Shown in pieces: positions 12,801 to 27,800 of a DNA stretch of 64,000 bases; the stretch's first letter is position 1; every line of letters starts with the position of its first letter. Where the stretch lies: NCBI GenBank assembly GCA_040954595.2, contig CM082581.2, forward strand, positions 12,088,286 to 12,152,285, in the 5' to 3' direction. The notes beneath the pieces are model-generated. The model searched no databases. It was not told the DNA's origin and saw only the letters and a program-made list of their open reading frames with translations. Source of the stretch: Balanoglossus misakiensis (Eukaryota > Animalia > Hemichordata). Made by a program: the position numbers and the translations under genes.

Positions 12801-15800
12801 AGCCCCAAAGTAGTTTTAGGTTTATCATGACCTTTGACATGTGTACTTTGAATAAATAGATAATGAGAATACCAGATATGATGATGTTGCTAGCTATTTG
12901 TGACTTATCTGAGCATCTTAGAGCTGCTATGGCTGATTCATATTTGCTGGCATGGTGTGCTTCTATGCCCTGACCTTGCCATCAAAATTAGGAAGTATGA
13001 AATTTTACCACTGTGTTGCAAATTAATCCTCCCAAGTGAGAATAAAACTAATTGTTCATGTTGTGGCTCTTGAGGAAATTTGCGTTTGCTTGCATGTGAT
13101 CTATTTCCACTTTAGATCAATTGGTACTAAAACGGTTAAACCTATCAGTTCTTTTCAATTATAATAATCTTATTAAATTTTAATACCAGACAACAATGGA
13201 AATTACTAATTGTATGAGTTCATAATGAACAGAAAGAAAGATAAAACATGAAAAAATTCTATTCTTTTCTATACTTAAATAAACCTAACTGCACAAAGTT
13301 GTAATGATAGCAGAAGAGCATTAAGGGTTGAGAAAGAGGGTTCTAACTGTTGTATGTTGTAACTGTCAATGTAGGTGGAGATATCACCGTGTTTATTGTT
13401 TGGATGTCAAGTGTTGACTCACGTCTGATGTAAAAATTTGCAGCGGCAATAAGATTTACGACATGGACTCACCAGGACCAGAAACCTTTAGAACAGGAAA
13501 GTTTTTATAGTCACAGCATTGAGAATAATCGGCCCTCTCTGTACACACTCCATGGCTGCGTAAGCCTGGGCTAATCTGTTTACGCGGGACCTTATGACAC
13601 CACTGAGGACCGGGCGTCTTTGTCTGTTACTGCGACTGAACCCTCGCGGCTGTATTTTGTAAACTATAATGGATTCTCTTAGGCTACGCTCCGAGGTGGT
13701 GGTGACAATAGCAACAGCTTTTTACGGTCCCGTTGTTCGTGGTTAACAGTAACCCATAAAAGACACCTGACTACCCTTGAGAAAGTGACAACAGGACAGT
13801 TCGACAACAATTGACAAAAAAAAATCATCGGATAATCTTCCATCCATTTTTTTAAATCCAAAGAACCTTCATGTTCTGTCTTTGTCCCCTTTGAGAGGGC
13901 TGTAAGTAAACACAAGGCTTTGTTATTTTATGCTTGGTCAACAGAGCACTTCTCCATACAATCTTGACAAGGGCAGCGTGTAATGGAAATTGAAGCTTCT
14001 AGAATCTGGACAGTAAAAACAAATGGCAGTTGAAGTTGTTGTATGGCATAAAAAGAAATCATCACAATGACCCTTTTTTCAATCTTTTCTCCTAACTTTG
14101 AAAGTAGCATGTTTTTAAAGTGACATTTTTGCTTGTTTTGTTTATCATTCTATGAAAGGTAAATATAGAGAAAAGACATCGTATAAAAATAGAAGAAAAA
14201 TCCTGAAATACAATTTGTGAAAAAATGTTCTGAAAAAAGAAAAATAGAGAAAGTGATCGATGCTTTATCTGTCATAAATCTGTAGAGTTGTGTCCATTTT
14301 TCTAACATACATTACGAACGTGTAACTTCAAACTTGTGATTTTTTTTAATCAATCTCGATTCATCATCCAAATCGATACATTTCAATAAATGTTGCCATG
14401 ACTACGACTCATCTTTCTTTTTTTATGAGCTTCAGTTCTGGTAATACATTAAGAATACAATAGTACGGAAATGAGGAGCAATAAATTTTCTAAGACTTCG
14501 TGGAAAGAGAGAGAGAAGATATCTCTATGGAGCAAGAATTTAGAGACCCTTAAACATGTACTTGTTTTATTGATTTGTCTTTTAGAGTATAGTGTAGAAA
14601 AGACTTGCATTGTAATGTTCAACTAGAACTGAGATTTATTGTAGGTATGTGGATCAACTGAATTTTTTTCCTGTACCACATATTTTATATGTTACCCATG
14701 TATAGCAGCTGGTGTGCAGTGTTTTAAAAATACATTTGGCCTTGCTATGAAGGAATGCTGTGTTACTTTATATCAGTCTGAGATTGGAATTTGTTTATGT
14801 TTCAGTCAACGCATGAAATAGTATAGACAGCAGGTCCCTGTCAGTTTCCATGACAACACCCTCATTTCTATACGAGGCACCGGTATTGATCAAGCTTTCA
14901 GATGTACATTGTACTGGTGTGTTGGCTGCTCAGAGAACTGCTCAGACGATTAGATAACAGAACAGATTGAATGAATATGCAGGGTGGGACTCTAATTAAA
15001 GGTGTTTGCTTTGGTTAATAAAAGAAGGGGAAAATAAAGGCCCAAGGGAATTTGCTAAGAACCGGTGAAATTTGGCTGGTGTATTTTGCTGTACAAGTTT
15101 GTTGGTATAAATTTATTTTGTTTTAAAATTAATGCCTCTGCATTGGACAGCTTCTCAGAGTTCAGTTGGTGATGTAATCTTGCGAAACAACGTATGGCCA
15201 GGATTATAACTTAGAATTGTGAGCCCACTATCTTTGTTGTCACGTTACAGAGAAACATGGAGATTGTCAGTTTACAAGCAATCTGGTGTCAAACATGGTG
15301 TTCAGATACAGTCTGTTAGACTCGTTGTGAAGCATTCGAGGTCAGAATTTGAAACAATCGTAAAAAAATCACTGAGGTCTGGAATGGCCGAAATTTTATG
15401 AGAGTGTTGCAAGCCCAACCTGACCCAGTATGTGGATTATAAAAAATCCTATGGGTAATGCCATGTGTGAAAATAAAAGATGTTTTAAGAGCAATTCTAC
15501 CGGGCCCTCCTCATACAACAGCCATTTTGAACATGTAACAATAGTCCATAAACAACCAATACATAATCAGTAAATGATTGCATTTGGTCTGTTGTGTGAA
15601 ATTTTCTTGATTCATCATTTTCTCGTGTTTCGCTCTAAGCCATTGCCACTTATTATATTGTACACACCCTGACAGACAAGTCGAAGTAATTGGAAAATAA
15701 TATATCAATTTGCAAATATTTGAAATGTGGTTGAGTTATTGTGAAATTGACTGGCTGTCAAAACGGACAAAGCTGTTCATGTCTGACAGAAGAGATGGAT

Positions 15801-18800
15801 GAGATGGTACAAGGATGTGCATGATTTAATTTAATGGAATTAGAAGTTTAACAAAGAACTGCCTAGCCTGGTAGCCTTCATGTATGGTTGCATGGATGGA
15901 AAACAAAGGGAGAAGCTTAATATGGTTGGATGTATTGATGGATGAGTGATTTATGAAGGTTTGACAAAACAATATCATACATAAGCATCATTAATTCGAC
16001 AAAAGATGAAAACAGGCAGAACCTCCATGAATCCTTCCCAAAAAAAGGGGGGGGGGGGGAAATCAGAAAAGATGAATTGTCTTTGTAAATTTCTCATTCG
16101 CTGAACTTGAAAGGCAAAATTGTTCAGGTGTGAAATTTACTAGATATGGAAGTGAAAATATGTTATTGATGAAAAATGGATCTTTTAAATTTCAGAAATT
16201 TATTGTGTAATGTAAGGGTTGCCTTATACTAGAAATATGAAGAAATAGCTGCATTTAGTCTGCATTTTAATTGAGAATATGACCTCCATGTCATCAAATT
16301 GTTATTTTACAGCCAGCTTTCTCATTAACACACTCCGGTTCAGATTCACTGGCAGATATTTCATTAAAAATGAAAATTCATGTGAAATAAATTCCTTCTA
16401 AAGATACATGCCACTTAATTGCTTTTTTATTCAGAATATGTAATTCCAAGTATTGGATGTAACAACTGAGGCTATACATGTATCCATGTAGGTGGTGATG
16501 CTATGGTATTTGGATGAGTTGCGAGCTTTGTGTCATGTTGCCATGGTGATAATCATTTATTAACTGGCTGAGGGCAATCTGCTTGTGACCAGTAAGTTAC
16601 AGCGTGTTGCAGAACAGGAAGTGAATGATTTCCATGGCAACTGACATCAGAACTGGTGTATATGAAAAATGTGAACTAATATAAATCTTGGTTGATATTG
16701 AAATAGTTCGACAATTTTTGAATGTTTCTGAGGCATGCTAGCAATTTTAAAGCACAGGTGTTCTTCTTTTGGTTGGGTTTTCTCAGCTTTGGAGAGGTAT
16801 TAAAGTAGGGGAAGGTTGATTGACATACTTTATTCTGTCAGCGTGTGGGATTGATTAGTAAAGAATATACCTCGAGTTTTCGGGTTCTGCAAATCCAGAT
16901 TAGTGCTTGGCAATCATGCCACTGCGAATTTCTTCAGAAGTTGATAGCGGGATTTGTCTTCTGTGTGTCAAACACGGCATGTGAAAAGGGTATTCAGCTC
17001 TGACAGAATGTGATATCGCTTCTCTGGCAGCAAGGTTTCCAGATAGCGCAGTGTGACTATCAAGATATGCCTTGATGCTATGTAGCCATTACTTTTTAGT
17101 GACATTGCCACTGAGTTATTCAGGTATCAGATACAACCTTGTATAGCAGTCATGGTTCTTTGATACTGACATGCTTCTGTCACACTTTGCGATATAACCC
17201 AGTGGCTATCATAGCATGTGGTCCAGAGAATGTGGCGTTTCCACGTAAAGCCTGTTATCGTTTTTGTGATTGGTGAAGATTTATAGCTTGTGGTATTCTG
17301 AACATCAAATTACAGTGATTAAGGCATACAAAGAGCGTGCAGGGGTAACTTTAGAAGCGAGTATTTTCAATATTTTTCTCACTGGGAATACTGGTTATTT
17401 GACACTTCAACTTGCAATTGAAGCCAGGAATTCAACAGTGGACCTCATCGGCTGTATATAACCATCTTTTTTTTTCGCGTGTCACCCACTAAAAATCTGT
17501 GATTGGATAGATCTCAATTTGCCATGGTAACGGTAACTAAATTTGCATAGGTGACTGTACACCTTTAATGTACAGGAGAGGTGATGGTGCAGTTGCTATG
17601 ATACCAAATTTATTTTTCAAAGGGGACTCAGACTGTCAGTTCATTAATTTTGTATTTTGCGCATAATAATGTGCTATGTAATAGGATTTGTTTAATTAGA
17701 AATGTTTAGGGACATTCTGTAAGTGCTGTGTATACGGAGATTAGTTCACCTGAGGTGACAGCCAAGCATCAATGGTTGCCTAGCGATGAGTTTCAGTGGC
17801 AAGAAAATTTGCATGTGGAGTGTGTTTTGTATGCATTATAACACCAGCTGATTCTGGCTGTAAATAATTGTGCAGTTACAAAACAAAAAGCACAGGAGAG
17901 AATTGTGCTTTACATGAAACATTTGGAAGCATCTTCCCTATTAATTATATGGCAAAAATCGATGGAATAATCATGCTAAAACTATGTAGTTCAGCAACTG
18001 CATGATGTGTTTTAACAAGCTGTTTTAGGGCAAATGTATTTTACAGAAGACTCGTGCAGGATCAGATGTGGTCCATCAGTTTTGAGTCAGAATATGGATC
18101 AGAGTCATTGCAGTCCATCTTCATTGCAGTGTGTTGATTGGACATCTATACATGCAAGTTCATGGCTTGTCTGTCATGTAGCTGGTGATATTCAGCAGCT
18201 GTTGTTATTGATGATTTTTTGTGATAGCTTAGTAAGGGAAGTCAATGAAGGCAGATTTTGTCCTTCAGTATCTATTATCCTGTTGTTTGTCCTTCCTACA
18301 ACATATGACCTGTCAGATGCTAATCGTAGCCTGCTATATTGACTAGCTGCTTGATAAAAGTACAGAGCACATCACTAATTTAAGAGATGCCCCTCTACTA
18401 ATAAATATATGGATTGTCTGTTAAAGAAAACCAGATAATTCAATGCCTCTGATATGAACTGTCAAAGCTGAGCCAAGGAGTGTTTTTGATCGACCCAGTA
18501 CAAATTGTATGTTGGGATGTCTGATTAAGAAAAAGCAGCGTTGCTGGGACAAGTGCTAGGGTCTCTTGTACTCTGTCCGTCAGTCCAGTCATCATGCTGA
18601 AGTGAATAAATACACTCTGTGGGGACAACAATGACAAAAAAAGAACCCCCACCACATCAATAGACAAAGAACCAGCTACGTTGATATCACTGGACAAAGG
18701 TGTGACCACGCTTGAACATCAAACATTGGGAGATTTTCAGCCTTTTTTTTTGCAAAGACTTATGCATCCTAATCTGACAATAATCCAATCATGCCAAGGC

Positions 18801-21800
18801 ACTACACAATATAAGTCTGTAAAAGCTAACCTGCTCTGCACAACATTAAACTATAGTACAATTCCACTGTTTTTTGAATTTTGAAAAAATATTAATAAAT
18901 AATATATTCGACTAATGCTTTGTGAAATGTCAATAAATGTTTTATTAGCCAAAGATTGACAGAAAAGCATCTATAATAAGGCCTGACAATTTGGGTAATT
19001 TTGTGAACGGAATTGTTATAACTGTCTGGTACCAAGAATGTCAGAAACATACCGTGGTAAACCTGAAAACATGAGTAATTGTCCTGAAGAATGGTTGCTA
19101 GGCAACCTGATGTAAAAAGGGTAAACATCACCTTTGGAGATGTATGGTTGGATGGGAAAGAAGTATCCAGACACTTCATTATGCCATTTGTTGTCTCCCA
19201 ATCTGAAACGGAAAAATAAAAGAAATTTGCTTGTGTGGAGGCCGTAACAAAGCGTGCGTGTTCAGTATTAAATCCTCATTGATTACCTTATATAATTATA
19301 TTCATGACTGTGTCTGACTTTCAGATGTATTTGTCTATTTATAATAGGTTTTTAATGTCTCATTAATACCATTTTTGTTCCATGATTTATGGATAATTTT
19401 TGTTTAGAATTGTTTCATGTTCTTCAACCAAGTGCGTCAGATCTATGTCATCTGCGTTAAAATGTATTTGGCAAATTTCAGTGTATACAGGTTTGATACA
19501 TATAAATGAAAATATGGCCGCTGAATTGTCGACATGTATATGCTCAATGTAAACCACTCAAAAAAGTAACAGAAATCCCATACCTGTCACTGTGTGTATT
19601 CCCTAATAAATTCTATTGTAAAATTTCCTGGTTTAAAAATCTGTAAATATAGTGTAATGTTGCATATACATGGCAGCTGGTTTCAAAAACGACACCTTGA
19701 GATATATAACGACTGCAATTTGAAGTTTAAGTGAAAAAGCCAAGATTTTGTGAAGTATGACGAGACAATGCACACTATGTATTTTTTTAACAAACAGTGA
19801 CCACACAAAAAAACAGAGTAATGTATCATCGTTTGTGGCCGTGTCAGAAATACTTGGAAGATTTTATGACTATTTGCAGACAGGAAGTATATGCTTGGAG
19901 AAATGCTCTTAGCAGTTCATTTGCTGTGTTTTTGAAAACAAAAAATATAACAATGAATGCAGGGAAGGATAACAAAAGGAGAAAGGTTAGGTGGCTATTG
20001 GCAACAGGAAATATAGATTGATGGATGTTCTGTTTGCTTTTATTTTGAAGAAAACAGTTCAATCTATATATTTGCCAATGGGGCTTTTTTCCCCAGTTAC
20101 TCATTCATGATGTTCAATATGCATTTCTACCGAACAAGTACAGGTAGAGAATTTGTCGACTCTGGTATCTGCTTTTTAGTTTTGTATGTTACTCTAAATA
20201 TTTTCCATTTGTGAAGAAAACAAAATGTGCCCTGATGATGATAAGTCATCTCCGTATGAACATATTTCAACGCTGGCATTTTTAATACACTACTAGTCAG
20301 TGATAATATAATGGCAAGGATATTTTGTACAATTTATGGATTTTCGAACAAAATCAATTTATCTGAAATGGTATATATTTCCCTGGAACAAATTGAAGCA
20401 CCTATTGACAAAGGTGGCCTGGTTCTTTTGTGGCTCTACAGCTCATTGGTAATTTTTACATGAGTTACCATGGTAGCAGTGTAGTAGATCTGACAGAGAG
20501 GCAGATTTTGATCCAGGGTTTTTTTGAAGATGACAGTAGATAAAATTAACAGAGCTGTCAAGTTGCAGTTCATGATTTGTGTTTGGTTGTTTGTTTTCAT
20601 CCAGACATGCTCGCTCACATGTGTATTTTAGGTCATCCTGAGTCAAACCAAGTGAAGTATTTGCCTAAGTTTAGTACAACGTGGTTGATTTGCCGGTATT
20701 TTGGCATATTACTTTGTAATTTGGTGACCAGATGTATTTGTAGACATTGTTTTAAACAAAATTACCTTTTTTGCTTGAAATCTTTTGCTAAAAAGCTAAT
20801 CCTGTATACAGTTCTATATCGTCATCAGATTTTGTGTGTACTCGAGAATCTGATAGTTCCCCATCAGATCTTTTCATCTGATGGATTCAGTCAGATGAAG
20901 AAACGGACCATTTTAATGAGCACTGACCGAAAGACTTGCTCATGTGCTATTGATTCACGATCGGTTTCTTCTGAAAAAAGAAAGATCTGAAATATTCAGC
21001 ACTGTAATCATTATTAGAATGCCAGTCAATTACACCATAGTTGGGGCAATCATATTCCCTCGATGTTTACTCAAGCATCAGGAGTCTGGGTTTGGAAAAT
21101 TGTTAATGATGATCATTTGTGAGATCATGCGTGCAAGTTATGTAGGGGTTTCTTGTATCCAGTGGATCTCTTGAAATGCAGTGTAGTTCCGCTATCCCTC
21201 ATGATGTTTCTGTATCTGTTAGCTTGGCACTACTGCCAGAAACTATGCCTCCACTCTGACATGTACTGTGTAATGGACAGGATTGTTTGTGCAGTGTTTT
21301 GCCTCTACTCAGAAATTTGAACTCGACCTTTTTGGTTGAGTGTCTCTGTGACTGGCTCCTCCTAAGTAGGGCCATTAGCCTGCCTGTGTTTGGCAGTAAT
21401 TTAAACAGGAAACTTTGCGAGTCTGCCCTCAGCGCAGAGAATTAAGACCCTTGATTTGCAAATTTCATGAAGCTAATCAATTTTGCTTGAGTTCGGGCAT
21501 GGCGACATTTTAAAGGTTTCACTTCATTGTTGGGTGACTGTCAGAAATCTGTGATGTGGTTTAGGGTTATTCAGGTCATTAACTATAATCGGTTAAACTC
21601 GCTCCATTTTTGAAATATGACTGTATGAGCACATATCAATTATTCCATTAACACGGCTGAGAATAAAATGATGTACGTTGAACACTGCTGTACTCTCTTC
21701 TGTGGACAGAATGGGGAAACACTGTTACACTAACGTCAATACAAATAAAACCATGTACATATTTACATATTCTCATTCACATTTCTGTGGTTTTATATAT

Positions 21801-24800
21801 TCACATGGATTGATTTAATGGTGATGTCAGTTCTAATTATGGATTCAATGAATTTACTTTTTTCAATTCACTTCCCATGAACCATATTCACCATTTATGT
21901 ACGTAGACACAGGTATTTTCTCTCCAACACTCTGATGATTAGCTGTATAATTTCCTGAAGTAGAAGCAAGGTGATGACAGGTTGACTCTTGCCCTGAGTG
22001 TGCAATGTGATATGCTGCCGAATTGCATTGTGGGAAAATGATTGTTTTGATGTAGAGAGTCCATTACACTAGACGCAATTTCAACATTCTATGTCCTTCT
22101 GACGTACTAGTGAAGCCAGCTACCTGCCTTCACCTTGCAGATCTTCGAGAGTGCATCGATATATTACAGAGAATCAGAACATTATAGCAGTAAAATATGG
22201 GGTTTGTGAGAGAGGCTAGCTTCGATGAGGTCGGTACCGTGGCTGTGACAGAATTCAAAACACGACCTAGCTCTCATCAATTTTATTAGCCGTCAGTGTT
22301 AGTGGATTTATTCTCAGCTGTGCATTTTAAATATCATTAGAATTCTGATGATAATAAAGGGATGTCCCCGCCCCCAATATGCATCAGATCATTTCAGCTA
22401 GTAGAACTAAAATTGCACAATTTGAGTAATCTTATTTTCTAGCTGTCACCTGTATTTGTTTAATGTTCGCGTGACATGAATTCATGCAATGCCAGAGCAG
22501 AATGGTTGGTTTTGAGTTATGAGGTCACAATGTCTGGAATTTTCACATGGAATACCGAGAAATGCCCCTCCTGGTGTTCATCTTAATCATACGGATGAAA
22601 CATCTCCAGGAAACCAGCTTAGTACGGAATATCCACTAATGGAGACAGGTCTTGGGAGTTCGCAGTCGGTCACAGTCAGTCAGCGCCGCCATGGAAACCA
22701 TATCAATTCACAAGTGTAATTTAGTCTCTCATTTGAGTGTTTTCACCCTCAAATAACACTCTCATTGGGACAGATATTAAAAATAACAAGTAGTTCCTAA
22801 TAGGAGTCATTTGTGACAATTATTGATATTAATGACAGGTATATAGGGATAAAGTGTCACCTACATGTGAAGGAATGAGAGGCAATAGCACACACCATTT
22901 TGAAAGAAGAATTTTGATACAGAATATTTATTTTGAAGTAAGTGCAGTAATCTTATAAATATTACATTTGACAACACTGAACACACATAAACAGATCAAA
23001 AGGAAAACAAATGTTTTTAAAAATAGAGAGTTTATGTTTTGTTCTTTCAAAGGGAAGCTTGATTAAAAGGAACCATCATGGTGATTTGTGTTTACAGGCT
23101 TCATCCAATTAGATTGATCTGCCGTCTATAGATTGTAAATTAGGACATTTCTAGGTATTCCACGATGGTGAATGAATTCCAGACGATTTACTAGGTCTGT
23201 AGTCAGTCAGAAGATGTTCCTCAGAGTTTGCCTGCCAGCCCAATTAAAATAACCTTAGACCCGGCAACTAGAAAAAACACAAAGAAGCTATTTTTGACCA
23301 CGCTTTCTTTTGATGGTGTTCAATGTAGTCTTCCTTCTGTCTGTCAACCGTTAGAAAAACCCCTGAATAAAACATGTGCCATCTCACTATACAAGGGAAT
23401 GTCATTAAATGCTGTATCTGAAAGATTCTAGTTGTGTAAAAGAGTTCATAACCTTTTGCAATTGAAATTTGGTCTTCTTTTTTGAAACATGGTTCATAAT
23501 TCTCTGTACATAGAAATTGATATTGAATTAATTGGCTCAAGCTGATTAATGGAGATATGCAATATTGCAAATGTTTTCATCTGAAAGCGTTGAAAAGAAA
23601 AATGAAATATTAAAAATAGAACCCTGCAAGCCAGATTACATTGGGAGTTAATGGGGTATTGACTTCAACAGAATACAAACTGATAATGACCTTGATGTAG
23701 TAAGAAGATCTTACAGAAAATAGAATTTTATTGGGTCGACCTTGCGCTATTATGTAGGTAAGAGCACTGTCAGAAAAACCATCAAAAGGATGGATGGCCC
23801 TTGGAAATGGGCAGTGGCAATGACATGCTTGAATAAAAGACTGAACATGATGGGGTCGTAGAGATTCGTAGTTGAATACAGGAATTACCCAGTCCTTTGG
23901 AATTAATACCCATGAGCCTGAAGCTGTATTAAATTTAATCGAATATCAATAGCAGAGACAATGTGATCAGAAAATGAAGATTTTATGGAAGTTACCCATT
24001 GTGTACTGAAAAGTTCTGTAATAAAGTTTAGGAAGGCCCAGCTATGATAGTACAATTGAAATGCCCAATTTTACTGAGTGGTCGAGGACTCCCTGATGTA
24101 GAATGAAGCCTTGCACCACTAGGACCTGTGATGTAACTTCCAATTTACATTCAAAGGTTCTAGGTTTTAAGGTTTGAACGGCCATTGGCAATCAGTTTGG
24201 TTGACAGAGAATCTTGGCTAAGGTTGATGAGCAAAACTGACACGTAAAACATCGTCACATCCTGTTTAAGTAGTCACTTACTTGCGTGGCTAGGATCACC
24301 CTGAAAATGATTACGAGATACAGTTTCAACTAAATTGCGATTTAATGGAAAAGAACCATTAAGGCCACTTGTGTCATTTACAAGGCTCTTGTTCCATGAT
24401 TGTCTTTCAAAAAGTATCCAGAAAACGCAAAATGTTAACCTGATGATTCCAAATTTCTGAGTTTTGCCAGCAGCAGTTTTTACTATGGCAGATCGTATTT
24501 CAATGATGATTGACAGCTTGTTGGTTCCAAAGAGACCTTTAAGAATCCCTGTTATAAAACACTGAATTTTGTCACATTAGTGAAATATTGGCAATTTAAT
24601 TGAATATTTTGTCAATTTTTAACTTCTTTTTGATTAACATTGATGACAATTTAATATCAATGGGAATAAAAATGTCAACCCTTGTACCAAGATGGCTCAT
24701 ATGATTTATAAAGTATAAATTCACAGTACCTGACATAGTACTTACCTATGATGATAGTATCACATGTGCTTATCAAACATGTAACTCAGATTTTGACTTC

Positions 24801-27800
24801 TTGTCATGCGTAATTGATATTTGCTCGAGAGGGAACACTTGTTTGGTTGATACTGGTCAAAGGTCATGCAAAGGTTACAGAGAACCCGGCAACATTGGCA
24901 GGCAACGTTTCTTCGTACTTGCTGAAGTCTTTTCAATTCTTCGGTCTTGTTTCATCTGTTTTATCGTTAAACTACTCATTCAGGAATTACATGGTCAGTT
25001 TTTCAATTATGAAAAAGTTGGAAAGTTAGAAAATTGTAAGAAGAAAAATCAAGCCCCTTTAACCCAAAGACACTGGGTCTATTTGTTGCAAATGGAAAAT
25101 GTTTATAACCTCTTGATCCCTGGCTAGGCTTGACCCATCATTTTCTATGGTAAAGTTGGACCTCTACAGAGGAAAGCAAGGCTGAAAGGGTTAATGCTGT
25201 GTGCTGTCTGCATGTGGCAGTAGGTTTCCAAGGAAAATGAAGAAAAACAAACACTGTGTCACACAGCTACTACAAATGAAAACTATATTTTCCATACCCC
25301 TAACAGAGAAACTAATAACAGAAAGAGTTCATATGTGAACATTGTTTGATTTGCATGTTTGCTTTTTTGGCACCTGACATGCTAGTAGTTTAAGGGGAAA
25401 AAATTAATGATGACGAACTAGAAAATTTATTGGAGGTAGCTTTAATTAAATGTGTTGACTCAGCAGTTGTTGGAACTCTGTTTATAGCATGCGTAAATTT
25501 AGCGCATCTCATTAATTATTTTGTAACGAACGGAAAGCGAGCGTTGTTAGCATTCATTCAGGTCATGTACGAGTAGGACCTGGCTCTAGCATGGACAACT
25601 TTTTGTATCAAACTAAATTGACCAAAAACGATCAAAAGAGAGTAACTTTGTCCCTGTAAGAGTGAGTGTACACATCTTAAGTTCACTGGCTTCATTTCAT
25701 TCCATGTACTGAAATTATCTTGTCTCCTCTAACCTCCTGCAAATTAATGTGATCTATTTTTTCCAAGCTTGCTGACGTCCAGGAAGATTTTTATCAATCA
25801 AAATTGATTGTTTTCAGTCATGGAGACTATATTGACAGGGTACTGACGCACGGATGTAGCTCAGTTGTCATGGGAACGGTTAAGCCCTCTTTAGTGCAAT
25901 TTTCAAGTCCACGTTCTTATGTGCAATGAGTAATCTGTAATAGTGGCCGCCAAAAAAATTCAAGTGTGTGCAAGTATTCTTGACTTCCTTTCTTGAATTG
26001 TTCACTGCTCGTAATTATCTCTGGAAGAAAGTCGTATGATTTTGAGTAGAATCATAAGCGTCATTCTTATTAGATAGGCAAAATCTGACTTGGACCTAGT
26101 CTGTAATAGATACTCGTCACTGGGGAATAAAGGTTTGGCGTGTGTTTGCACTCACATCGTTGTGCCTGATCAGAGCCAGTAAAACAGTCCCCCTTACCTG
26201 AAAATCAACAGCGAGAGCTTCAACTAGGGCCAGGACTAGTGTAAATGTGTCCACACTACCATTTCACACTGGCTCAAATTTTAGGCTGTACCTAACGCAC
26301 CCCCTACTTTGACTAAACTAGTCAGGTGCTGGTCCATTAGATTTAAAGAGGAAGTTATCTTCCTTCTGTGTACATAGTGATATTTCTATGAATCCATTCC
26401 AAAGGATAGTTGACTGAAAAGTACTTTGACTCGGAAAAGGTGATATCTGATAATGTGTTTATTCATCTGAAAAATGTGGCCCAGTATTTTGTGAAAATCT
26501 GTTGATAAAATTGTACATGTACTCCGAAATATGGAAGGAGTCAAAACAAAGTAGGTCAACATTTATCTGTGACAGCAAATCAAACATCATGATTTAAATA
26601 TTTGCCATCCATAATATTTCTCCCATATCGCTAGCAGATCATATATAATTATGACATTTTTGCTATTTGTTTAAGTCATGAAGAAAAAAAGACGTTAAAA
26701 ATAGCAACTAGGACTGTCTGAATTGGATATTAAAGAAGATAATCTGCTTATATTCAGGTTATCAAATAATGATCATTAGTATTATTTTACATACAAATAT
26801 AATCAAGTTATTAGTTGCCGTTATTGAAGAAAATTGTACAGTTTGAACGTGTGTTCAGCGGGGATTTTGCTTGCGATGAAAATTCAGTGGGTAGAAACGT
26901 AACATTTTATATATAACATAAGTACTGAGCCATTCCCTTGAGTCTTGACTGGTCATTGAGGGAAATTAAAACTAAAACAAATGTCTAAGAGCTATTTCAC
27001 CTCTGATAAAAAGAAGCAAATGTCAAAAAATCCCATGTGGAAAGATGGGAGTAATTACCACAGAGTTTAGGAAATAAGTTTTCACTAGAGTTTATCAAAA
27101 CCGTACGTTTGTATTTTGCCAATCTGGATCACAGTTAAATGATGTGCATCAGGTATGTATGCTATGCTGAGAGAGAAGTGGAAAGATAGGGAGAAACTTT
27201 CTCTGAAACTTTTGGCAATATTCTTCCTAAAATTGTGACTGAGCATAGCCAATCAGGACGATCAAAGAAACATTCCCCCTGCAGAAGCTTTCAGCAGCCA
27301 CTAGTTTTACTGCACAGTCCCATGGCTGTCTGTATATTCTCTTCTTTTGGGTATTTTCACCCAGTGGAGAGCAGACACAAGCAGCAATCTACGGCTGAGT
27401 GTCAGAGTCTAGCCGCATGCAATAGGTTTTAATACCATGTGGAGATTTGAGAACCTAGCCACATAGTAATCTGGTCCAAGCCAATTCAAAGTCTGGAAAA
27501 TATTTGCAAAAAAAAAAAGAAAAGAAATCAGCAGCTTCCAGTATCTGTCTGATTGCTTCAGGGTGCTGATAATTGATATGCAGTTCCTTGTGTAGTCTTT
27601 GTTTACTCTGAAGTTGATCAGAAAATACCGACTTCTGAAGTCAACAGAAACCTACTCTCTGTTTAATCTGTCTGGATATTGTTGAATGATTTAAGGTGCA
27701 TTTCTGTCTCTCTTGTGGGATTTGTGATGATTAAAGAACATCCAGTTAAATAGACTGACCCTGATTAGTTTTGGAGACTGTACACTACTTTAGTGAATGG

